From an uncultured Gammaproteobacteria bacterium (lineage in GTDB: Bacteria; Patescibacteriota; Microgenomatia; UBA10105; UBA927), in the NCBI GenBank assembly GCA_964621305.1, contig CAZUOM010000007.1, positions 5,422-69,421 of the forward strand: a DNA stretch of 64,000 nt, written 5' to 3'. The position numbers were made by a program, and so were the translations under genes. This document shows positions 56,710 to 64,000 of this stretch, in pieces (the first letter of the stretch is position 1; each line of letters starts with the position of its first letter). Below the pieces are notes generated by a model, which was given only the letters and a program-made list of their open reading frames with translations, did not search any database and was not told where the DNA came from.

Positions 56710-58647
56710 TCACGGTACGTGATCCCCTTCAGGCTCCCTAATGCGGAGCATTCGATTGGTAGTAACGTTTCTCAACTCCTGTGTTTTTCCCTGAACCGTT
56801 TTGCCGTTTACGAGACGATTCGGCCAGCGGACAATCAGTTTGTCCACGACACGCGCACGCCCCAGTCCGAAGTGGAGGACAAGTGTGCTGCCGCTGGCAA
56901 AACCGACCCCAGCCTTGACTTCTTTGACCTGCATTTTGCCGCCTGTCGTAACAAAAACTCTGGCTCCGACTGCGGAGCGGTTGGAGGTCGTCCCCTCAAG
57001 GGTTACCGAGAGGAATCGATTGCGACTGCCGCGATTGAGGAAGAGAAGTGCCGGATGAGTTGCCTGTTTTCCCCAGTACATTGACCCGTTGGCCAACACC
57101 AGATCCAGGGCCCCGTCGTTGTTAAAGTCTCCAGTTGCCAGGCCGCTGCCGTTTTCCGAAACTAAGAGTCCGCCTTCTTCCTGCCGGTAGAGATTGAGGA
57201 CTCCGGCATGTTTGGTAATTTCCGCCCAGCGGCTGCCTCCGTCGTTTCGGAAGAATCTACCCGGATTGGTTTTCCCCCCGACGGCGCGCATTGACAGAAT
57301 GGACGCATCCGTGTCAGATTGCATGAAAAAGCTCGGGCTGCCGGGAGAGCCGAAATAGAAAAGGTCCGGGTCGCCGTCGTTTTCAGCGTCCAAAAACGAA
57401 GCGCCCCAGCCGTATTCGTAAGCGGAGAAATCAACGCGCTTTTTTTCCGGGTCGTTATTGGGCACGAGGGGATCGGGGATAATGGACACCTGTGTGCCGA
57501 TTTTTTCAAACCCTGCGCCGGTATTGCGCAGCAGTTCGGCTGACCAACGGCGGGCGTTGGTTGCGCCGACATTGGTAAGAAACAGATCAAAATCGCCGTC
57601 TCCGTCGACATCAGCTGAGTCGATACCCATCCAGCCGCCCATTGTAGAAAGAGGGCCGGTGATACGGGTAAAGCGCACTACCCCATCTGCGCTGTCGTTT
57701 CTGAAGATTTCAAACGAATCAGGAAAATCGTTAGCGATGATAAGATCCGGATCAGCGTCGTTGTCAATATCTGTGAACAGAGCCGCTTGAGTAATGTTAC
57801 CTAAACTATCGCCGGCAATTCTTCCCTTAGCATCAATGGTTAGTCCCAAAATACCCGGCGACGGATCGTGTCCGGTAGGGTGAGGGACGCCGGCTAGGGT
57901 GCCGTCAGGGGAGGCTGTAAGCGTTATATTTTCAAAAGAAACGGAGCCGTTGCCGCCTACGCCGCGATTATGCCACAAAATATTTTTGGCGCCGCGATGT
58001 TTTTTCTCCCGGTAGTTTTCAAAATCCCGGTCGCTTCTGTTTGACTGATAGAGGTCAATAAACCCATCACCGTCAACGTCGGCGGCCGCGACCATCGTTA
58101 CGTACCGGCGAAACCTGCCGTCGCCGGGATATTCGCGCGTGGGAAACGCAATTGTCGTGATATCCTTAAAAATTGATTTGCCGGTCTGGGAGAGTTGGTT
58201 TTCAAAAATCGTCAGCCCGCCTTGTTTGGGATCATATGAGCCATCAAGGTTGTCTCCTTCGACCAGTCCGTGTCCCACGACAAGATCGCTGTCGCCGTCG
58301 TTATCCAGATCTGCCGCAACCGCTGATGTGCCTATCGGCCGGTCCGCGGCAACGCCTGACTCTTCGGAAACATCCGTAAACGTCATGTTGCCGTTATTCT
58401 TGAAAAGAACATTTTTTGAAAATCCCGGGAAGAAAAGATCTTCGTATCCGTCGTTATAGAAATCCAAAACGGCAACTCCTTGCCTTTTAACGTCACCGAA
58501 ACCGGCGGGCCTATCGAATGCTTTTTCCGTTGCATTGACAAACAGCACGGGGTTCCTGGCCGGTTTTCCCGTAACCGCAAGGATGAATAGGATGAGCAGG
58601 AGAAATATAGTTCTCCTACTAGAATTTGGATCAGTATATACCCACAT
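56710..58647 (-). CDS. FG-GAP repeat + ASPIC/UnbV domain protein (CRTAC1-like)
   Basis: Seven DxDxDGxxDL-type repeats; C-terminal 'NRSAVGARV…GVGFASG…LHFGLG…VRWP'; N-terminal TM. Confidence 0.9.
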   Translation of the reverse strand: MWVYTDPNSSRRTIFLLLILFILAVTGKPARNPVLFVNATEKAFDRPAGFGDVKRQGVAVLDFYNDGYEDLFFPGFSKNVLFKNNGNMTFTDVSEESGVAADRPIGTSAVAADLDNDGDSDLVVGHGLVEGDNLDGSYDPKQGGLTIFENQLSQTGKSIFKDITTIAFPTREYPGDGRFRRYVTMVAAADVDGDGFIDLYQSNRSDRDFENYREKKHRGAKNILWHNRGVGGNGSVSFENITLTASPDGTLAGVPHPTGHDPSPGILGLTIDAKGRIAGDSLGNITQAALFTDIDNDADPDLIIANDFPDSFEIFRNDSADGVVRFTRITGPLSTMGGWMGIDSADVDGDGDFDLFLTNVGATNARRWSAELLRNTGAGFEKIGTQVSIIPDPLVPNNDPEKKRVDFSAYEYGWGASFLDAENDGDPDLFYFGSPGSPSFFMQSDTDASILSMRAVGGKTNPGRFFRNDGGSRWAEITKHAGVLNLYRQEEGGLLVSENGSGLATGDFNNDGALDLVLANGSMYWGKQATHPALLFLNRGSRNRFLSVTLEGTTSNRSAVGARVFVTTGGKMQVKEVKAGVGFASGSTLVLHFGLGRARVVDKLIVRWPNRLVNGKTVQGKTQELRNVTTNRMLRIREPEGDHVP

Positions 58648-58725
58648 AACTCAGGTGAAAGTTGTCGGCCAACAGTTATAATAGAATTTAGATCAGTAGT
58701 ATAGTATTATTCTATCCTTAATGAT

Positions 58726-61700
58726 ATGCCACATAATCCTGATCAAGCCGGGTTAAGGTTGGATCGATTTAGAAAGAATTGGCAACAGCGTATCGTTCCT
58801 CCTTTGTTATTGTTTACCCTCGCTTCCTGTGCGGTGAGATCTTCAGAAGAGGTAGTGCCGATTATCGGGCCCGCACTTGGGGGCCCTTTGGATACATTTC
58901 CGGCAGGAGAAACGGTTCCTGCAGTTACAACACCAACTTCGAGGCCAAAAGCAGCACCAACGGAGCGATTACCAAACGAAAAAATTCGAGAAATTAGGCC
59001 AGATTCACTCCTTGAAGCATTATTTTCTCCAAAAAATCTAACAGAACAATACAATGCTAGACCCTGGCTAAATTCCACGACCAATATAGCTTGGCACACG
59101 ACGTTGCCTTGGGGTGGCGTAACGTATGCAGACAGGTTTTACGATGAGCGACCGTGGACGAGCAAAGAACATTTGTGGCAGGATGATCAAGGCGATTGGC
59201 ATGAATATGAAAAGCGTGGCGATGAATATATTTTAGTAAAGAGAAATGGGCCAGGAGTCGTCAATAGGCTTTGGTTTTCCTATGATGATGCCAGCCAACT
59301 CACTGATTTTCAAAAACTCGATCCAAGAAATTACAACTACATGACATGGGGAAACTTGGATAAGTTGGGGTTTTTAAAAATTACCATCGATGGTCAGGTT
59401 GTATTTAATCGACCGATCACAGAATATTTTTCAGGAAAACCATTCGGTATTCCTGACCAGATCGGCGAGTTAATCAACTGGAAGGTTCCAGAGATGGGCT
59501 CTGTGGGCAGCTTGTTAAAGCTATCGTACGCAAAGAGCGTTGAGATATCTGTTTACAGAGGGGAGCAGCCGCGATTTTTTGCAATAGACGGCCTTACATT
59601 CCCGTTGACCACAAAGGTTATCCCCTTTACCGGAAGACCAACAGACTATTCGAAACTAGCAACTCCTTTACTATCACGAATCATAAAAAATCCAGATGTG
59701 TATCTTAATACAGTTGGACAAAAACCTGAATCGAGACTACTTAAAACAAATACAAAAGACGGTTCAATAGATTTTCCTGGTACAGGAACAATTGAAGCTA
59801 TACAATTGAAAGTTCCAAAACACGTTGATCAAGGGAAGTTGACCTTGAGGATTCGATATGGATCGGAAACAGCGGTGTCTATGCCATTGATTGCATTTTT
59901 TGGTGAAAAAGATCGTCTATCTTTCCATAAAAGTTTTCCCCTGTCTATCATTGAAGACGGCGACTCTATCCTCTACGTAGGGAATCTTCCGTTACCGTTT
60001 GATCAGGGTATGGCATTGGAGGTGCATCATGCGGATGGACAACGGGTAGATATTGCAGCACAGTACGTACGGAGCAACAGAACGGTACCCTCACGGCTTT
60101 ATGTAGACTTTGGTAGCGATGAAAAGCTTTTGGCTAATGGGCCAAACTATGTACGCACCGTTGTCGGCAGCGGAAAAGTAGTTGGGATGGTACTAACGAC
60201 CAAAGATCAATGTCAAATGTGTGTCCGAAGGGAATATTTCGATAACGGCATTGAAGTGGTTTTTTTTCCACATCAATTTGGTTTTTTAGAAGGAAATGTT
60301 GAGATAGATACCGGTAAAGGCACGTTGATACATAGTAGTATTGAAGACTTTTTTAACGGCGGTATCTATTGGAACTTATTTCATCAGGGCGTTCCAAATC
60401 AACCATATACGCACCACTCCGGTTTGTTATCCGGTCAATGGGATGGCGCAAAACCGTTTGGAACATTCTATCGATACTTTCATGGTACTGATGGGATAGA
60501 ATTTACGAACGCATTGAAAGTATCGATGCAACATGGAGTCTTTAATAATAACTGGCCGGTGACATACGCGTTAACTATATATTACTATAAGGACTCAACT
60601 CCATCGGTTCAAACCCTGCCCCAACAGCCCGTCAAGGTGGAAGCGCCTCAAGAGCGTCGTTCAGACAATGCATTGGAGACCAGATTGCAACAGCCTGATT
60701 TGGTTTTAACTGAAGCAGACCTTGCTCTTTTTACAGGCAAGCGTTTGATATTGACCCGCGAGGGGCAAATGGTCACGATTCCAAAAGGTTCGTATCAAAA
60801 GGTCACCATCGTTCAGTCGGCTAAGAACAGCACCATACGATTGCCCGAGGGTACACTAGCGGGTATTTCATTTGAAGTGCAAGGACCACATCCTAACAGG
60901 ATTATTGGCAACAAGACGACGTTGATTGTTCCCGAAGAACACGTTGGCGTTACGGTAACCGGCAAGGGGAGAGAGAGCGGACAAATATACCTATCCGGAA
61001 TTACGTGCATATCCCCGAGTTATCAATCAAATGTACCCAAGCCCGGTGTCAGAAAACATTTACAGAAAGAACATGACACCTTTCATACTGGCCAGAGCGT
61101 TCGGCCTGTATATTACACCACATGCATAAATGTTGTAAATCGAGATAACATCGTCATTGATAATATTCACGCAACGAATATGACGGTCGGCGTACTCCTT
61201 GAAAATTCAGAATCCATTCGTGTTGTGCGAAGTGCATTTTCTTTTTTAGATGGATCAGGAATATTGGGAATCGGAAGCCAGAGGATCGTTGTTGGAGGAG
61301 ATATCCTTTTGCAAGATGGATCGAGAGTAAATGGAAGAAATGTATTTACTACGATCCATCGTGATTCATTTGCCAATGGAGAAAGCGCCGGAGCCGTGAC
61401 GTTGATTTCAGGTAAAGGTCCAACCGGCGTCAGGGGTGCAAACGAGTGGACCATAGTCGGCAATGTTTTTAATGGTCTTATTGATCGGGCCATATTTCGA
61501 GACGGTTTTTATGTCCTCGGGGATTACTATGAGAATGATGGTTTAATTGTTCTTGGCAATACCATGGAATTTCGAGATTCCGGGATTGCGTCGCCGTTTG
61601 GGAAAAACGTACTATTTGCACAGAATCAGTTTTTTCCGATGGGAAACAAAGTAGGGGTGCAATCGTTTCCTGTTTACGTTCCGTCAGTAGACGGTGTCAT

Positions 61701-61920
61701 CGTCGGTCCTGGAAACACGATTGACGGTTCGCCGTTGCGGTATATTGGTAGGCCATCCGGCGGGCAACACGTTGTCACAACTGACCCAGTAAATTTTTTG
61801 GCTCCTGGCCTTGTTGTTTTAGAACAGGCTCGGGGAGTCATTATAGACAATAACCCTAGTCGATTTGACCGTCTACTGCCTCCACTGATACAGATACCTT
61901 CACTAGTAAACACGAAGTAA
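58726..61920 (+). CDS. Putative lipoprotein: DUF2961 (GH172-like) domain + right-handed beta-helix
   Basis: Lipobox-like 'LASC'; 'GPGVVNRLW', 'G.GKVVG', 'FLEGN…EDFFNGG', 'FYRYF..D.IEF…QHG'; C-terminal G/N/I/V-rich beta-helix pattern. Confidence 0.7.
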   Translation: MPHNPDQAGLRLDRFRKNWQQRIVPPLLLFTLASCAVRSSEEVVPIIGPALGGPLDTFPAGETVPAVTTPTSRPKAAPTERLPNEKIREIRPDSLLEALFSPKNLTEQYNARPWLNSTTNIAWHTTLPWGGVTYADRFYDERPWTSKEHLWQDDQGDWHEYEKRGDEYILVKRNGPGVVNRLWFSYDDASQLTDFQKLDPRNYNYMTWGNLDKLGFLKITIDGQVVFNRPITEYFSGKPFGIPDQIGELINWKVPEMGSVGSLLKLSYAKSVEISVYRGEQPRFFAIDGLTFPLTTKVIPFTGRPTDYSKLATPLLSRIIKNPDVYLNTVGQKPESRLLKTNTKDGSIDFPGTGTIEAIQLKVPKHVDQGKLTLRIRYGSETAVSMPLIAFFGEKDRLSFHKSFPLSIIEDGDSILYVGNLPLPFDQGMALEVHHADGQRVDIAAQYVRSNRTVPSRLYVDFGSDEKLLANGPNYVRTVVGSGKVVGMVLTTKDQCQMCVRREYFDNGIEVVFFPHQFGFLEGNVEIDTGKGTLIHSSIEDFFNGGIYWNLFHQGVPNQPYTHHSGLLSGQWDGAKPFGTFYRYFHGTDGIEFTNALKVSMQHGVFNNNWPVTYALTIYYYKDSTPSVQTLPQQPVKVEAPQERRSDNALETRLQQPDLVLTEADLALFTGKRLILTREGQMVTIPKGSYQKVTIVQSAKNSTIRLPEGTLAGISFEVQGPHPNRIIGNKTTLIVPEEHVGVTVTGKGRESGQIYLSGITCISPSYQSNVPKPGVRKHLQKEHDTFHTGQSVRPVYYTTCINVVNRDNIVIDNIHATNMTVGVLLENSESIRVVRSAFSFLDGSGILGIGSQRIVVGGDILLQDGSRVNGRNVFTTIHRDSFANGESAGAVTLISGKGPTGVRGANEWTIVGNVFNGLIDRAIFRDGFYVLGDYYENDGLIVLGNTMEFRDSGIASPFGKNVLFAQNQFFPMGNKVGVQSFPVYVPSVDGVIVGPGNTIDGSPLRYIGRPSGGQHVVTTDPVNFLAPGLVVLEQARGVIIDNNPSRFDRLLPPLIQIPSLVNTK

Positions 61921-61925
61921 TATTG

Positions 61926-62693
61926 TCATGGTTGGGGATTGGTGCATCGCTTGGTATACGACGTTGGAAGAAGACCACACAGCGCCTCGCGGGTCGGATT
62001 ATCCGGCGGGAACATCTGCGCAGCGGTCGCAAATAGGCTGTCAAAGCATTCTGTCTGGACGGCGGGTTGTGAATTTTTGCACAAAGATACGGCCTCGTGT
62101 AGACGTGACGCATCAGCGACAAGAACTATGATTGCTGCATCTGCACGGCAGAGACCCTGCTCGCTTTGGGGGAACTCATTACAAAATGACGCGATGCGTT
62201 GAAGGTCAAAGTTGCGGTTTGCCGCCGCCCGCTGAAACAGGATATCTAGGCAGCTCCGACGGGACGCATCCGTTGGGGACATGAGACAGTAATTGGAAAT
62301 TCCCTTTGCGGTTTTGGTTTCTTCGGAAAATAAGATCCACCCCTGGTTTATGCAAGTGGCGTATTGTTGATCATCAAATCTGCGGCAAAAATCCATGAGT
62401 GAACTTTTTTCATAGGAAGCACCAAAAGCCTGCTTTTTGAAAAACGTTAAAAAAGCTCCGTCCCAGCAGTGATGTGCAAGGCCTTCTTTTTGTTTTGCCA
62501 GAATATTGCAGAAGGAAATTGCTCGTTGGATAGAGACACCAGGCAAGGCGACGAGATGTGAGCCGATTTGCATGTGGCAGTGCATGCGGGCAAAGGAGGA
62601 GGCGTTTGTATAATCGCAATAGGAACCGACTGCAAAGAAAAGTCCGGCACCGAAAAGAGATAACATAAGACAGCAAATGACAAGGCGTTTCAT
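61926..62693 (-). CDS. Cys-rich exported protein, truncated/His-degenerate subtype A relative
   Basis: 'CHMQIG', 'CWDGAFL', 'CINQGW' align with subtype A 'CYDGAFM…CISEGW'. Confidence 0.7.
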   Translation of the reverse strand: MKRLVICCLMLSLFGAGLFFAVGSYCDYTNASSFARMHCHMQIGSHLVALPGVSIQRAISFCNILAKQKEGLAHHCWDGAFLTFFKKQAFGASYEKSSLMDFCRRFDDQQYATCINQGWILFSEETKTAKGISNYCLMSPTDASRRSCLDILFQRAAANRNFDLQRIASFCNEFPQSEQGLCRADAAIIVLVADASRLHEAVSLCKNSQPAVQTECFDSLFATAAQMFPPDNPTREALCGLLPTSYTKRCTNPQP

Positions 62694-63673
62694 AGCTGTT
62701 CAATCCTTTCGATGTTGGTCAGGCAGACCTGCTTGTTTTGTAGAGAGAGTGCATCACAAAGGGATGGAGCTACCGTTTCAAGCTTCTTGATTTTAAAAAA
62801 CCCGCTTGCTGCGCCGGCAAGACAGATTGCTTGATTATATTTTGATGCAAGCATGGAACACTGGATACGGGTTGATGGTACGTCGAAATTCGTTGATGCA
62901 GCAACTGAAAATCCGATACCGAGTAAACAGTTTTTTTTTGCAGACGGCGTCGCTCCTTCAAGACAGAGCGCTTCTATCTTAAGAAGATCTTTTTCATATA
63001 CGACAAACCACCAACTTGCTTGAAAGCGATAGCAATAATCTATAAATAGCGGAGGAACAGACTGACAAGGAATATGAGGATGTAATGGGTCCAAGGGTCG
63101 AACTGATTTGCCGGATGCCGTATCGTCCATGGAGCGAAAGTTGGATTCCATAAAAACACCGGTGGCACACGCTTTTGCCGTTGGTCCCGGGGCAACAAGC
63201 TCACACATCTCAATGGCCTTGGTTATGTTGTTGTGTCCTAGCGTGGCGATAATGCCGTGTCCTGCGCCGTGAAGACATTCGACATTTTGCCGGTACGGTC
63301 GGCTGCTGCAGGCTTTTGTGACGTTTTCAAGTGAAGCAGGGGATAAGGTAGGAAATGCTAAGGTAAAAAAACCATGAAAACACCCGTAGCCGTAGGCATC
63401 GTCGCAGAAAGCAATACCGCTGGTTTCCAGTGCGGCATACAGTGACCGGCCGAATTCGTGTGCTAATTGATGTTGTTTCTTGTAGGGCTGCGTTGCCGTT
63501 TTGTTTTTGAACTGGCTATTTGCCGCCTGCGGGCCGGATAATTTTATTATGCGCGTCCATGCGTCCGGCGATCTAGAATGGTTTGTTCTCTTTCCTATAT
63601 AATACAAAACAGCGATAGATATGAAAAAAATAAGGAGCACGAAAAAGAAACGAGAAGGCATTAATCGCTTCAT
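62690..63673 (-). CDS. Cys/His-rich exported protein
   Basis: 'QHQLAHEFG', 'YGCFHG', 'CLHGAGHG', 'CATGVFME'. Confidence 0.85.
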   Translation of the reverse strand: MKRLMPSRFFFVLLIFFISIAVLYYIGKRTNHSRSPDAWTRIIKLSGPQAANSQFKNKTATQPYKKQHQLAHEFGRSLYAALETSGIAFCDDAYGYGCFHGFFTLAFPTLSPASLENVTKACSSRPYRQNVECLHGAGHGIIATLGHNNITKAIEMCELVAPGPTAKACATGVFMESNFRSMDDTASGKSVRPLDPLHPHIPCQSVPPLFIDYCYRFQASWWFVVYEKDLLKIEALCLEGATPSAKKNCLLGIGFSVAASTNFDVPSTRIQCSMLASKYNQAICLAGAASGFFKIKKLETVAPSLCDALSLQNKQVCLTNIERIEQL

Positions 63674-63689
63674 GTATCTATCCTACATC

Positions 63690-64000
63690 ATGCACAATAT
63701 TTTTTCCCGCTTGTCCGGATTGGTTCCGACACACCAGCGCATCAATGTGGCCCTTGCTATCAGGCAGACGCTTTTTATTGTCGTTGTCGGCAAGATTCTT
63801 TTCCGTGTGCCGTTGAGGTGGATGGATATTGCAGGCGTGGTGGCCGTAGGATTTATCATCGAGCACGTTCTTATATTTGTCAAAGAGCGTAAGATTAGCG
63901 GTCTTTCGATTGCCTCCGTCAACACGTCTTTGTCAACTGCACTTATGCTTGGGACGACGAACTTTTTTGTCTACGTCGTCGGGCTTCTTATCGGATTTTT
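63690..64000 (+). CDS. UnbU/RnfD-like membrane protein, 3'-truncated by window edge (absent from ORF track)
   Basis: Open to window end: MHNIFSR…VGFIIEHVL…ASVNTSLSTALMLGTTNFFVYVVGLLIGF; hydrophobic, 'S..T.LS..LML' pattern. Confidence 0.5.
   Translation, partial: MHNIFSRLSGLVPTHQRINVALAIRQTLFIVVVGKILFRVPLRWMDIAGVVAVGFIIEHVLIFVKERKISGLSIASVNTSLSTALMLGTTNFFVYVVGLLIGF

Noticed and set aside
63678-63925. Minus-strand ORFs of 62 and 80 aa in the ORF track
   Set aside because: The plus-strand frame from 63690 gives a coherent membrane protein running off the window and is the better call
56710-64000. Enediyne biosynthetic cluster
   Set aside because: No PKS or thioesterase in the window; UnbV/UnbU-like genes alone are not diagnostic
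1-64000. tRNA, rRNA, integrase or transposase genes
   Set aside because: None recognised; intergenic gaps are short and accounted for

Overview
Gene-dense bacterial DNA using the standard code (TGA is a stop). It has near-leaderless genes, back-to-back divergent starts and GspG/pilin-like genes. This looks like a Patescibacteria/CPR (Microgenomates-like) chromosome, which is an inference from gene style only. About 1-42 kb is a large surface-glycosylation region: about 13 multi-pass GT-C-type proteins (three YfhO-like), five GT2s, nucleotide-sugar enzymes (three DegT-family aminotransferases, an RmlC-like cupin, two SDR epimerases, an HldE-like kinase/nucleotidyltransferase, an orphan TPP E1 alpha/beta pair), methyl- and acyltransferases, two PIN toxin-antitoxin modules and a chimeric deletion scar. 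About 42-46 kb holds three pilin-like genes and an SxtJ/carbamoyltransferase/SxtK-like triad. About 46-64 kb is dominated by an unassigned family of N-terminally anchored Cys/His-rich proteins (10 genes, 11 domains) sharing HxxxH...CxH/GxxHG...CxHxxGH motifs. These are interleaved with an FG-GAP/ASPIC-UnbV protein, a DUF2961 + beta-helix lipoprotein and a partial UnbU/RnfD-like gene. The two strongest novelty candidates are (1) this His/Cys metalloprotein-like array and (2) a dozen ~30-39 nt tandem 7/8/9-mer tracts inside glycosyltransferase genes, with different repeat units at homologous loops of paralogs. All family calls come from motifs read by eye; no database searches were run.
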